The notes beneath the pieces are model-generated. The model was not told the DNA's origin. It did not search any database and was given only the letters and a program-made list of their open reading frames with translations. The translations under genes were made by a program, and so were the position numbers. This document shows positions 13,408 through 25,648 of a stretch of DNA of 63,775 bases, one piece after another. How positions within the stretch are numbered: position 1 is the first letter of the stretch; each line of letters begins with the position of its first letter. Origin of the DNA: Chiloscyllium plagiosum (lineage: Eukaryota); assembly GCF_004010195.1 (NCBI RefSeq), contig NC_057720.1, positions 29,548,350 to 29,612,124 on the forward strand, written 5' to 3'.

Positions 13408-14635
13408 TTGGATGTAGGTTTGTTCTCACACATTTTTTCACCATACCAGGTAACATCTTCAGTGAGCCTCTGAAAGAAGCACTGGTAGTGTAGCCTGCTT
13501 TCTATTTATATAGAGTCATAGAGATGTACAGCATGGAAACAGACCCTTCAGTCCAACCTGTCCATGCCGACCAGATATCCCAACTCGATCTAGTCCCACC
13601 TGCCAGCATCCGGTCCATATCCCTCCAAACCCTTCCTATTCATATACACATCCAAATGCCTCTTAAATGTTGCAATTGTACCAGCCTCCACCACATCCTC
13701 GGGCAGCTCATTCCATACACGTACCACCCTCTGCGTGAAAAAGTTGCACCTTAGGTCTCTTTTATATCTTTGCCCTCTCACCCTAAACCTAGCCCTCTAG
13801 TTCTGGACTCCCCCACCCCAGGGAAAAGACTTTGTCTATTTATCCTATCCATGCCCCTCATAATTTTGTAAACCTCTATAAGGTCTCCCCTCAGCCTCCG
13901 ACGCTCCAGGGAAAACAATCCCAGNNNNNNNNNNNNNNNNNNNNNNNNNNNNNNNNNNNNNNNNNNNNNNNNNNNNNNNNNNNNNNNNNNNNNNNNNNNN
14001 NNNNNNNNNNNNNNNNNNNNNNNNNNNNNNNNNNNNNNNNNNNCTGCTAAGATTTGCTTTCCCAAAAATGCAGCACCTCGCATTTTTCTGAATTAAACTC
14101 CATCTGCCACTTCTCAGCCCATTGGCCCATCTGTTCAAGATCCTGTTGTAATCTGAGGTAACCCTCTTCGCTGTTCACTACACCTCCAATTTTGGTGTCA
14201 TCTGCAAACTTATTAACTGTACCTCTTATGCTCGTATCCAAATCATTTATATAAATGACAAAAAGTAGAGGCAAAGTGGAGGTTGGCAAATGTGGTGCCA
14301 CTGTTTACAAAGGGCAGTAAAGTCAAGCCAGGGAACTATCGACCAGTGAGCCTGACCTCGGTGGTGGGCAAGTTGTTGGAGGGAATCCTGAGGGACAGGA
14401 TGTACATGTATTTGGAAAGGCAAGGACTGATTCGGGATAGTCGACATGGCTTTGTGCGTGGGAAATCATGTCTCACAAACTTGATTGAGTTTTTTGAAGA
14501 AGTAACAAAGAAGATATGTTTGAGCTTCCTAGGGTTGGTGATGTCATTTCCTGTGGTGACATCATTTCCTATGATAAGCATTTCTCAACGAACAAACCTA
14601 CATTCAGACCCTCAACTTGAGTTGCAAATCTTCTA
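13408..14635. mobile_element. Decayed Penelope-like fold-back element (family C) interrupted by a CR1 insertion
   Basis: ggatgtaggtttgttc at about 13410 is inverted relative to gaacaaacctacattc at about 14590. Decayed hammerhead core on minus at 13428-13465. The sequence ctatttata|tgtttgag is split by the CR1 copy. Confidence 0.6.
13511..14515 (-). mobile_element. CR1/HER1 copy with inverted 5' segment (13511-14271 minus, about 14276-14515 plus)
   Basis: Minus part runs from PLLFVIYIND/FADDTK to the 3' tail. Plus part reads WRLANVVPLF...PGNYRPVSL...FFEEVTKKI. N gap 13925-14043. Confidence 0.9.
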
Positions 14636-14871
14636 AAGACTCTACATCCTTGCCACAAACTCCATTGCTTTGCCTGGTAATGGTCTGAGATTATTCATTA
14701 CAGTATCCTTTCCTAAATATAGGGTCCAAAACTGTGGAGTGTAGTCCAGGTCCAGGCACACATATCTAATGTAGCTAGTTATGAACTATTATGTAATAAA
14801 CCTTTATTGTTTAACTATATTGGAGACAATCTTCTGCTTAATTCACTGTGTGGGCATTTTTCCCACATTTG

Positions 14872-15740
14872 TTTTATTTCAAAAATATTCTTTATTCATA
14901 AATACTTTGATCTATACACCTGGACATGTCATACATATGTCCACATTCCATTTCTTTGCGTATCGAAACAGAGTAATCATTCTTATTTACAGGTTGGTGT
15001 GATTACATTGAGCTGAGGCACCAGCAGAGCCCAAATGACTGCGTGGGCCCCCTGTTATTCTTAGGCAGGCAGATGTTACACGGTGATCTTTCCCCACCCC
15101 GCCTTGGCGGCAGCTGCCCCAAGCTTCAGCGCGTCCCTCAACACGTAGTCCTGGACCTTGGAATGTGCCAGTCTGCGACACTCAGTCAGGGTCAACTCCT
15201 TCAGCTGGAAGATCAACAGGTTTCGGACCACCCAGAGAGCGTCCTTCACCGCGTTGATGATCCTCCAGGCGCAGTTGATGTTCGTCTCAGTGTGCATCCC
15301 GGGGAACAGGCCGTAGAGCACGGAGTCCTGCGTCACAGCGCTGCTCAGGACGAACCTCGACAAACACCACTGCATTCCTCTCCAGACTTCCTCTGCATAG
15401 GCACATTCCAGAAGGAGGTGTGTGACAGTCTCGTCCCCCCCGCAGCTGCTTCGAGGGCAGCGTGCGGTGCGGCTGAGAGTCCGGGCAGGCAGAGCCCTTC
15501 TCACCACCAGCCAAGCCATGTCTTGGTGCTTGTTGGAAAGTTCTGGCGATGAGGCATTCTGCCAAATGGCTTTGACAGTCTGCTCAGGGAACCGCTCGAC
15601 AGGATCCGCCCTCTCCTTTTCCTGAAGGGTGTCAAGGACACTATGTGCTGACCACTTCCTGATGGACTTGTGGTGTTTATCTTCATAAATTTCTCCACGA
15701 AGGACAGGTGATACGGAACGGTCCAACTACTCGGAGCGTA
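14872..15740 (-). mobile_element. 5'-truncated Tx1-clade (L1-like) non-LTR retrotransposon: ORF2 C-terminal zinc-finger region and 3'UTR
   Basis: ORF 15076-15726: W...SSPELSNKHQDMAWLVVRRALP...CPRSSCGGDETVTHLLLECAYAEEVW (zf-RVT CCHC). GC/CpG-rich. 3' end atgaataaagaatatttttgaaataaaa. Confidence 0.88.
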
Positions 15741-15985
15741 GGGGTGTTAAATTGGTGAGGAGGATAGCCCAGGTGACATGAGGATATAGACGGGTTTGTC
15801 ATATCAACTGATCAGTGGCAAATGGAATTCAATTTGAATAAATGTGAGATGATGCACTTGGGCAGGACAAACGAGGCAAGACAAGACATAATGAATGATA
15901 GGACAGCAGAAAGCACTTGGCATCAGCAGGACCTTGGTGTGCATGTCCACTGGCCCCTTAAGGTGTCAGGTGTGAATAAAGTAAC
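15741..15985 (+). mobile_element. CR1 RT fragment (old)
   Basis: QWQMEFNLNKCEMMHLGRTN...QDLGVHVHWPLK. Confidence 0.8.
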
Positions 15986-16865
15986 TGAAACACAAACACA
16001 ATTTTTCATTTGTTATTTATAAATACCTACTTAATGCCCACAATCTGTGTATATGAATATTGGTCAATGGGACAAAGCACATTGTATAGTTTTAATGGAC
16101 AAAGCAGGAGTCCGATTTGTGGAGAATGCATTGAAACAGACATGCAGATTGGTGGAATTTGGCCAATTTCTCCAAACTAATTGCATCCACCAGGCTGCCT
16201 AGGCCCTTTAAGCGAATGTGGATCTCACAATAACAGCAGCTGCCATTTGCTATCACTTTAGTCTATTAAACTCCTGGGTATAATCAGATACAATGTTAAC
16301 AGCCATGGAAAAGATAACTAAAAGGAAGTAGTTCCATAAAAATTGCAAGCATTAACCCTCGGCAGGTGGGTGATGTAAGTCTCACCTTGCTACACAGTGG
16401 TAGCATAAGCAAACAGGAAAATTGCTAAAAGGTCAGGCTAAAAGATTGGGTACACTTCACAGATCAAAATAGATTAGAGAGGAAATCTGCAGACCACTTA
16501 AAAAAGTTCATTGAAACAAAACAACTGTAATTCTCAGGGAGACTGAGCATCCAAAGTGCACTGGATAGGCGGAAATAGGCAATCTTGCTGTTTTATAGAC
16601 ACCTTGAGATCTAATATTACAACAGAGACATTGACATCGGCGGCAGTGAAAAAGAGACTCTGATTCTTAGAATGAATGTGTTGACTTATCAAGAATAGCT
16701 AAACAGTTTAGATTTGGAGATGCCGGTGTTGGACTGGGGTGTACAAAGTTAAAAATCACTCAGAGTTCTACATGAATGCATGCAGTTTTTGAGCAAAGTA
16801 CAATGTAACTCTGCAAGTACAAATTCACCCCACAAAATATATGTGTGCATGTGGGTCTTTGTCAG

Positions 16866-17032
16866 TCTGTGTGTGTGTGTGTGTCTGTCTGGGGTGGGGG
16901 TTGTGAGTGTGAGAAAGTGTGTGTGTGTGTGTAGTGAGTGCAGAGTGTCTTAAGTCTGTGAGGGGGTGCATGTGTGAGTGGGGGAGTGTGTGTGGGTGTC
17001 TGTGTGTGGGTGTCTGTGTGTGCGTTTGTGTA
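16866..17032 (+). repeat. Degenerate (GT)n-rich low-complexity tract
   Basis: Visible gtgtgt runs inside the family B element. Confidence 0.9.
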
Positions 17033-17139
17033 TATCCCAGTGAGTTACATATCACCAGAACTGAGTTTTCGACATACTTAGTGATTTGAAATGTTGCATA
17101 GTTTCCAGAAATGTATAGATTGGTTTGAAGTTGATTAAG

Positions 17140-17264
17140 TTCCTCATTTCCCCTCCCCCCACCTTGTCTCAGTCAAATCTCTTGAACTCAGCACCGCCTT
17201 CCTAACCTGTAATCTTCTTCCTGACCTCTCCGCCCCCACCCCCACTCCCGCCTATCACCCTCAC
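17140..17264 (+). mobile_element. Penelope family A pseudo-LTR fragment next to an assembly gap
   Basis: ttcctcatttcccctcccccaccttgtctcagtcaaatc...ctatcaccctcac matches about 55223-55347. Confidence 0.8.
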
Positions 17265-17843
17265 NNNNNNNNNNNNNNNNNNNNNNNNNNNNNNNNNNNN
17301 NNNNNNNNNNNNNNNNNNNNNNNNNNNNNNNNNNNNNNNNNNNNNNNNNNNNNNNNNNNNNNNNNNNNNNNNNNNNNNNNNNNNNNNNNNNNNNNNNNNN
17401 NNNNNNNNNNNNNNNNNNNNNNNNNNNNNNNNNNNNNNNNNNNNNNNNNNNNNNNNNNNNNNNNNNNNNNNNNNNNNNNNNNNNNNNNNNNNNNNNNNNN
17501 NNNNNNNNNNNNNNNNNNNNNNNNNNNNNNNNNNNNNNNNNNNNNNNNNNNNNNNNNNNNNNNNNNNNNNNNNNNNNNNNNNNNNNNNNNNNNNNNNNNN
17601 NNNNNNNNNNNNNNNNNNNNNNNNNNNNNNNNNNNNNNNNNNNNNNNNNNNNNNNNNNNNNNNNNNNNNNNNNNNNNNNNNNNNNNNNNNNNNNNNNNNN
17701 NNNNNNNNNNNNNNNNNNNNNNNNNNNNNNNNNNNNNNNNNNNNNNNNNNNNNNNNNNNNNNNTTTTTCAATGTATAATTTCAGTTACATCACACTGTAA
17801 ATTTTTGCTATAAATTCTGTGTTACGATCGAGCCCTCCACTAT

Positions 17844-17878
17844 CACCTGATGAAGGTGCGTCGCTCCGAAAGCTAGTG
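17844..17878 (+). ncRNA. Minimal type I hammerhead ribozyme motif (family B)
   Basis: cac-CTGATGA-aggtgcgtcgctcc-GAAA-gCTA-gtg: intact core, stem II with one mismatch, palindromic agct stem III, cac/gtg stem I. Confidence 0.75.
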
Positions 17879-17932
17879 TGCTTCCAATTAAACCTGTTGG
17901 ACTATAATCTGGTGCTGTGTGATTTTTAACTT

Positions 17933-18365
17933 TAAACAGTTTAGGTGTTTATTCTTTCGAGTTTAGAAGAATGAGGAATGTCCTTATTGAAACGTATAGG
18001 ATTATGAAGGGGATTGACAGGGTAGAAGTTGAGAAGATATTTTGACTATTGGGGGATCCTCAGGCTAGTGGGTATGATTAGAATAATGGGGCATTCATTT
18101 AAAACTGTGATGCAAAGGAATTTCTTCTCTCAGAGGATAGTGAATGTTTGGAATTCTGTACTCCTGAGAGTTTTAGAGGCTCGATTACTACAAGTATTTT
18201 AAAAGGAGGTAGGTTGATTTCTGAAATATCAGGGATCTGAGAGCTATGAGGAGCTGGGTCAAAAGAGAAGTCTAGGTTTGGGGACAATGATCTTATCGAA
18301 TGGCAGAGCAGACCTGAAAGGATGGATGTCCCCCTTCTGCTCTTATTTCTTTGACCTTATGTTCA
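17933..18365 (+). mobile_element. Old CR1 3' fragment (host of the family B insertion, continues from 16680-16711)
   Basis: LNSLGVYSFEFRRMRNVLIETYRIMKGIDRV; CR1-like tail near 18300-18362. Confidence 0.8.
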
Positions 18366-21300
18366 AAGACACATGATTGTCTCTTGTGAGACACCAGGCT
18401 CAACTGAAGAATAAATGCGCATTACTTTAGCTACATATTGTTAACACAAAGAACAACAACCCTGGAACTCACTGAAGCTCTGGTGAAGACATGGAGACAC
18501 TGGTTAGCTCTTTCAGGAAGAGTGCTGTATATTCTGCTCAGTGGAGCTTATCTTGTGATGTCAATTAACTCTTTCAGATGCCTTATATAGCATTTCCTAT
18601 TATAATCTATCTCACTTTTTCTACTGTGCTTTATGGTTTAGCTCCCCCTCTCTGCTCTACTCACCTTCCATCTTCTCCCCTCTCAAAAACTCTAATAGCC
18701 CGATCCTTGCAAAGTTTCACTCCACAGCCTCTGTATTCCACTTTTAACCTGCCCATGTTCTCAACTTCACAGTGTTCCCACAGTTCTCCATGCTAATGTG
18801 TTCTCTAATTGTTGTGGTCCCTGCATAGCTGTTCCTCCTGACTAGTCCACTCAATGTACTTAAACCAGAGCAGAAATTGTGCAGCAGTGGACAATAGAGT
18901 GTGCGCAAGATTTCTCAGCTGCAGCATGGTCAGGCATGAGTTCATCTTACAGGAGACATTTCTCCTGCCCACAACCTTCTAATATGTTTCACTCCCAGCA
19001 CAAAAGATGGCAACTTTAGATGTTCGAACTGTAGTCCAAACAATAGACCCAAGCACAATGCTCTTAATTATAATGTGTGGTAAAGCTTGTTTAAATTTAT
19101 GTCTCTTAGATTCTTCAAACTATTAAGGAAACAAATCAATTATCTGACATTGTATTTCTGCTGACCATCAAGTTTAATAAAGCATTTTTCACCTAGTTTC
19201 TATTTAAACAGAGAATGTTAAAAGATGCTTATAGTTAATACTGTTTTCAAAGCATTGGGCAATTCTGTGAATTGAATGAAGGGAGAGTTTCCTTTCTGTT
19301 TCCAGATTTGATAAATGATGCAGGCAAGAAAATTTTGAATAATGGGGATCTGCACATAATCATCTTTAACCTGTATAAATCACATCAAAATATCAAATCA
19401 ATGCTCTTTTAACAATGCAACTTGCTGCATTTAAAATAGAATATGTGGTTTCTAGGCTGATTGCAAAAGATGGTTATGATTTGGGGGTTTCTGTATCCTC
19501 AGTGTCTTCCGTACTTTAGATGACATGCTGTAATGAGTAGCATCTGCAAGTCCAGAAGTTAAGAAGCAGCGATTCCCACTGGATTAAGTAAAAGATAACA
19601 AACAAAGGAAACTATGGCCCTGACAACTAGAGTTGCCAAGCAACAACAGATCCACTGTCCGGCTACTGAAAGTTTCATTTACGTCAGAAGTTCAGTTTCC
19701 AATTGTAGGCAAGCATCTCACTGATACATGATACACCTGTTATAGGCATATATTAAATAGGATTTAATATCTTTGGTGAATATTATTTAGTTGACTAGAG
19801 ATTAAAGGATATCCATATCCTTGTTTGTCTGTGTACGTTGAGATTGGTTTCTCTGTTAATTGAAATGCTGGTTCAGGGTAAATACATACAGAAACATGTC
19901 CAACCAGGACTGCAGCTCTCTTAAGAGATGATCACACATTCTGTGAGACAAACAATGTCAATATTAATATGTGGGACATCATTCTACATTTTATATTCAA
20001 AGTTAAAATTAAGCAGATGTGGAACAGGTGACAAGAAAATTTCCTTTTGCTCAATTTTGCCCAATAACACAAATTTTAGCACCCAGCTGCAGTAGTTTAC
20101 AATTCAGTTTTTCTACATCAGATATTCTTGTGGTCTTGTTGTTTCATTAAAAATTAGGTTGAATTATAATTAGGTTGTATTACTAAATCATCTGTTCGTA
20201 TACAAGACGATGGTAATTGAAGAGGGGCAAGATTTTTACCTAGACATTCTAGTTTCAATTCAAATGCTTCAAAGTGCAATGCGTAGTTTTTGCAGAACGC
20301 CAGAGTTAAACTTTAATAGTATAGGAATAGCGATAATGTGTGATGAATATGTAGATAAGCCTCTGATGTAACTGAGATCTGAATAGTCATGTGACAGCCT
20401 ACCAACTCTAAGGTTCTTCCAAGAGTTATTTCAGATGGTAATGAGGCCAAAGGTCCAATTTGATTGAGATTGGGTTGCTGTTTTGGTGCAGGGATTGTTC
20501 TTTGTTTCTTATGCCCATTGTTCTTATGCCAACAACAAAAATGTTCTCATAGACAACATAGAGAATCACATTCAAAGTTTTTTGAAATTTTTCAAAGAGA
20601 AGGACAGAAGGTTATATTTTTAAAATTATTCATGGGATGTGCACATCTCTGACTGGGCCAACATTTATTGCCTGTCCCTGGTTACCATTGAGATGGTGGT
20701 GATGAGCTGTCTTCTTGAACCACTGCAGTCCACCTGGTGCAGGTGACATTAGGAAGGGAGTTTCAGGACTTTGACTCAGCAACACTAAATGGAACAGCGC
20801 CCAATTAAAGTGATTGATTTAGAGGTGCCCATTTGGGGCGACACTGTGAAGTTGGGCAAACACAAACAACTGGTTTCATATGATGAGAACAATTTCTACA
20901 CAGTGAAGCCCCTGTACCCATGGGATGGTGTCTGAGTTGGTGCCATGATCAAGCCAAATGGCGGCCGCCAATACAACAGTGTGAAGCCCAGCCACTTCAG
21001 CTGTGTCTCCATGTTTGTGAATACAAAATTACTTGAGGCTTTCAAAGGCTTGAAAATAGTCGAGAAGGATCCCAACAGACTGAATCTACAAAAACAAAGG
21101 GATCTAGATTGTATCGCTGGCCAGATCGCAGCAGAAAACAAACAGCATTGAATGTGTGTGTCATGTTGTTGGCGAATGATTAAAGTTTCCAGTCCCTAAA
21201 AAACACATTGAAGGAACAGTGATAAATTCCAAAGTCAAGATGGAAAGGGACATGGAGTGGAGAGCTTGCAGCTGTTGGTGTTCCCATATATATACTGCCC

Positions 21301-21924
21301 ATATCCTGCAGGATGGACATAGTCATGGGTTTGGAAGTTGTTGCCTAAGAAACCTTGGTGAATTCCTGCAGTGCATCTTATTATTGTTGTACACTGATGT
21401 TGCTGAATATTGATGGTAGGGGGAGTGAATGTTTATGGATGAGTGCTAGACAAGGAGGCCATTTTGTTCTGGTTGATGTCAAGCTTCTTGAGCATTCTTG
21501 GAATTGCACACATCCAGCCAAGTGGGGAGGATTTCATTACACTCTTGACATACCTTGGAGATGGTAAGAAGAGAGTCAAGAGTTGGGTTACTTGCTGCAG
21601 CATTCCTAACCTGTCATGCAGTTTAGATTCTGGTTAACAGTATTCTCTAGGATGTTGACAGTGGGAGATTCAGCAAGGGCAATCCCATTGCATGTCAAGA
21701 GATGATGGTTGTCTCTTGGTGGAGATGGTCATTGCCAGGCATTTGTGGCATGAATTTCACTTGACAATTGTCAGCTCAGGCCTGAATGTTGACCAGGTCT
21801 TGCTGCATTTGGGCATTTAATGCTTCAGTATCTGAGGAGTCATGAGTGTGCTGATAATTGTTCGGTCATCAGTTTCAAACCACTTTCAACCTTATGACAG
21901 AGAGGTCATTGATGAAGCATTGAT

Positions 21925-22242
21925 GGGCGGCACAGTGGCGGAGTGGTTAGCACTGCTGCCTCACAGCACCAGAGACCCAGGTTCAATTCCCGCCTCAGGC
22001 GACTAACTGTGTGGAGTTTGCATGTTCTCCCCGTGTCTGTGTGGGTTTCCTCCGGGTGCTCCGGTTTCCTCCCACAGTCCAAAGATGTGCAGGTCAGGTG
22101 AATTGGCCATGCTAAATTGCCTATAGTGTTAGGTAAGGGGTAAATGTAGGGGTATGGGTGGGTTGCGGGTCGGTGTGGACTTGTTGGGCCGAAGGGCCTA
22201 TTTCCACACTGTAAGTAATCTAATCTTTTTTTTCTAAAAAAA
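21925..22242 (+). mobile_element. HE1-type V-SINE, full length
   Basis: A/B boxes, V-domain and tail. TSD aagcattgatg (21915-21925) / aagctttgatg (22243-22253). Confidence 0.95.
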
Positions 22243-22600
22243 AAGCTTTGATGATGTTTAGGCCAAGGATAATACACTATTGAGGTCTTAGGGCTTTTGT
22301 GACATAGTGGTATGTCCCTAAGATCGCCTGGACCCTCTGTCTCTTCCCATCTACCGCTTGTTGATACACCTTACTCTCTATGCTGTGTCAATCCCCTGTC
22401 ATAATCCTCTCTGCCAATGGCCACAGGCAGCTATTCATGATGTCATGATGACCATTGCTCCCTTGCCTACCTCTATTTGAAAGTTAGTTTCCATTCCTAC
22501 AAAGAACAAAAATTCCTTACTTTGCCAAACACAATATTCATAATAGGGTAGTGTGGGGCCCAATAGATCATTTATTTACATTTACATTTTATTTACATTT

Positions 22601-22938
22601 GGGGCAGCATGGTGACTCAGTGGTTAGCACTGCTGCCTCACAGCCCCAGGGACCCGGGTTCAATTCTTGCCGCGAGTGACCGTCTGTGTAGAGTTTGCAC
22701 ATTCTCCCCTTGTCTGCGTGGGTTTTCTCCCGGTGTTCTGGTTTCCTCCCACAGTCGAAAGATGTGCAAGTCAGGTGAATTGACCATGGAAAATTGCCCA
22801 TCGTGTTAGGTGCATTAGTTAAGGGTAAATATAGGGTTGGGGAATGGGTCTGGGTGGGTTACTGTTCAGAGGGTCAGTGTGGACTTGTTGGGCTGAAGGA
22901 CCTGTTTCCACACTATAGGGAATCTAATCTAATCTAAT
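22601..22938 (+). mobile_element. HE1-type V-SINE (second subfamily)
   Basis: Head tggtgactcagtggttagcactgctgcctcacagc, V-domain and (tctaa)n tail. Confidence 0.93.
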
Positions 22939-23074
22939 TTGAAGAAGGCTAGTTATTATATAAATGAGGTCTCCTGCTAAACAGGAAATATGAAAGATGG
23001 AATACTAAAAGAACTCAGTTTGACAGGGGACCCCAATTTCCAACAGAACACATGCTGAGTGCCAACAAAACCCA

Positions 23075-23200
23075 TGAACTGCAGGTGCTGGAAATCTGAA
23101 ACAAAAACAGCAACTGCTAGGAAATCTCAGCAGATCTAACAGCATCTGTAGAAAGAAAGCAGAGTTACCATTTAGAGTCCAGTGAACCTGCTTCAAAACT
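23075..23200 (-). mobile_element. Decayed Penelope-type terminal fragment
   Basis: actgcaggtgctggaaatctgaaacaaaaacag...agcatctgtagaaagaaagcagagtt, related to 36530-36652 and 57990-58100. Confidence 0.6.
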
Positions 23201-24725
23201 CAGTATAAGTGTGCCAATTATTGCTAAACAAGTGTTATGTGACAGCACTGTTGAAGACTCCTTCCATCACTTCATTTATATCAAAAGTACTGATGGAGCA
23301 GTAATTGGCTGGATCGGATTTGTCCTACATTTTGCCCAGGACATACCTGGACAATTGTCTACATCATTAGAAACATGCTACAATGGTAGCTGTACTGGAA
23401 TAGTGTGGCTAAGATGTGGCAAGCTTTGGAATGCACATATTATTGCCATAATGTTGTCAGGTCTCATAGCCTCTGCAGTACCCAGTGCCTGTAGTTATTT
23501 CTTGATACCACGTGGAGTGAATCAAATAAGCTGAAGACCAGCATTTGTGATGCTGGGGACCTTTGGGGATCCAACTAACTCATAAGATTCCACCAATAAA
23601 CTGAGCTTCTAATTCAAAACCACACCTTTCTCATTCAGTTGGCTTATTTATTAAAGTCACCACACTGCATTTGGAACCTACTTTATTCGTGATGTTCAAA
23701 GGTGCTAACGCAATGGAGTAAGTACTTTGCACACTTTTACTTACTTCTGTCAAATGAAAAGTCACAAAGATGTGGTTGTGTTCCTGAAATCTTAAAGAAA
23801 AAACTGTTAAAGGCTACTGCTTCTTGTAAAGAAAAAGTTAATCTGACTGTCACTGGACAAATGAAACTAAAGCCCTTGCTGCTACAATTCACTTGATTAT
23901 ATAACTGCATGGATTACAGGGAGGCGTGCCCAGATACATACTGACGTTCATCCAGGAGATGACAAAATCTTTGTTGACTCATTGTTAGTATTTAAATTGG
24001 GCATTGACCAGAACACAAGCTAAGAACCACAGGTGGGACATGAGTTGTCTCTGGATTGCTAATTGGTTATATGGAAAATGACTTAGTTTTCGCATAGGTC
24101 ACCCTACATCTGCAGCTAATTTAGCTTACCAGCTAAGAATGATTCAAAAAAGCAATTTCCTAGACAAAGAGAGATTCTATCTGCAACCATTTGGAAGAAA
24201 ACGCAAAACAAATGTTAGAAAAAGAGAGAGATTAGAGAGAAATGCATTTTGCAACAGTTAGTGGTCTGCTGTAAAGTAACTGGGCAGCTAAAAGTGCAGT
24301 ATGTGCAGAACCAGTAGTCAGGACTCTTCTCCCAAATTCTGCTGCCTGTGTAAGAAAATAACCATAAGACCAAAAGGCTGAAAGGCAGATTTAGGCCTTT
24401 TAGCCAATCAGGTAGCTCCGTCATTCAATCATGGCTGAACAAGGTGGTTGCTGGGGCACCAAGCTTTAAGAAGTGTCAAATCCACCATTTTGAATGCAAA
24501 AAAGGGTAAAATTTCATTTCCAACTTTTCATTTTTCTCCATATTGAGTGTTCATGGAATTGGGGGACTGGGATGCACGTTCATAATGCACCAGGGCACCC
24601 AAAGGTTTGGGAAGGCCCTGATATAGAACAATCCGGACTGCAACAATTTCAGACCATGACATGGCTCCTCCATTTTGTTTCATCTGCCTTTCCTCCATAA
24701 CAGCAATATTTTTACTTTTATAAAA

Positions 24726-25044
24726 TGGGGTGGCATGGTGACTCAGTGGTTAGCACTGCTGCCTCACAGCACCAGGGTCCCAGGTTCGATTCCAGCCTAT
24801 GCTGACTGTGTGGTGCTTGCACATTCTCCCTGTGCCTGCGTGGATTTCGTCTGGGTGCTCCAGTTTCCTCCCACAATCCAAAGCTGTGCAGGTCAGGTGA
24901 ATTGGCTATGCTAAATTGCCCACAGTATTAGGTGCATTAGTCAGAAGGAAATGGGTCTCGGTGGGTTACTCTTTGGAGGGTCAGTGTGGACTGGTTGGGC
25001 CGAAGGGCCTGTTTTCACACTGTAGAGAATTGAATCTAATCTAA
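24726..25044 (+). mobile_element. HE1-type V-SINE (second subfamily)
   Basis: A-box, B-box ggttcgattcc, V-domain and aatct tail. Confidence 0.93.
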
Positions 25045-25195
25045 TGTGGAACTGTTTGAAAATTAGTTTCTAGGTGGAATCAGGGCATCACTAGAAGGAT
25101 TGAGGAGAAAGTGAGGTCTGCAGATGCTGGAGATCAGAGATGGAAATGTGTTGCTGGAAAAGCGCAGCAGGTCAGGCAGCATCTAGAGAACAGGA

Positions 25196-25233
25196 GAATC
25201 GACGTTTCGGGCATTAGCCCTTCTTCAGGAATG
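25196..25233 (-). ncRNA. Minimal hammerhead ribozyme motif (family A)
   Basis: Reverse complement reads c-CTGAAGA-agggctaatgccc-GAAA-cGTC-g. Confidence 0.75.
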
Positions 25234-25610
25234 AGGAAAGTTGGTCCAGCAGACTAAGATAAAAGATAGGGAGGAGGGACTTGGGGGAGGGGCGCCGGAA
25301 ATGTGATAGGTGGAAAGAGGTCAAGGTGAGGGTGATAGGTCAGACTGGGGTGGGAACCCTCCAACCACAAGGGATGAACTCAGATTTCACCAGTTTCCTC
25401 ATTTCCCCTCCCCCCAGCCTGTCTCAGTCAAATCCATCAAATTCAGCACCGCCTTCCTAACCTGCAATCTTCTTCCCGACCTCTCCGCCCCCACCCCAGT
25501 CTGACCTATCACCCTCACCTTGACCTCTTTCCACCTATCACATTTCCGACGCCCCTCCCCCAAGTTCCTCCTCCCTATCTTTTATCTTAGCCTGCTGGAC
25601 CAACTTTCCT

Positions 25611-25648
25611 CATTCCTGAAGAAGGGCTAATGCCCGAAACGTCGATTC
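25611..25648 (+). ncRNA. Minimal hammerhead ribozyme motif (family A)
   Basis: CTGAAGA 25616-25622, stem II gggc-taat-gccc, GAAA 25636-25639, then cGTC. Confidence 0.75.

Larger units (their letters stand above)
16712..17932. mobile_element. Penelope-like element (family B) with inverted termini, GT-rich tract and hammerhead, inserted into a CR1 fragment
   Basis: 12-bp TSD taaacagtttag (16700-16711 / 17933-17944). 15-bp inverted repeat aaagttaaaaatcac (16745-16759) / gtgatttttaacttt (17919-17933). Hammerhead at 17844-17878. N gap 17265-17763. Confidence 0.8.
20620..23570 (-). mobile_element. Fragmented old CR1/L2-class LINE (pieces at about 20620-20790, 21220-21920, 22245-22280, 23200-23570)
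   Basis: Same family as 33100-33860, 35030-36330 and 48630-49340 (shared ggagatggtcattgcctggcact and gctcaccacca motifs). Minus strand near 23290-23330 reads DKSDPANYCSIS. Confidence 0.7.

Noticed and set aside
17202..17771. 189-aa ORF of X residues (also ORFs over 10003-10092, 13925-14043, 30405-30450)
   Set aside because: Artefacts of assembly N gaps.
21925..21995. tRNA-like A/B boxes in several places
   Set aside because: These are SINE heads followed by V-domain and LINE tail, not tRNA genes.
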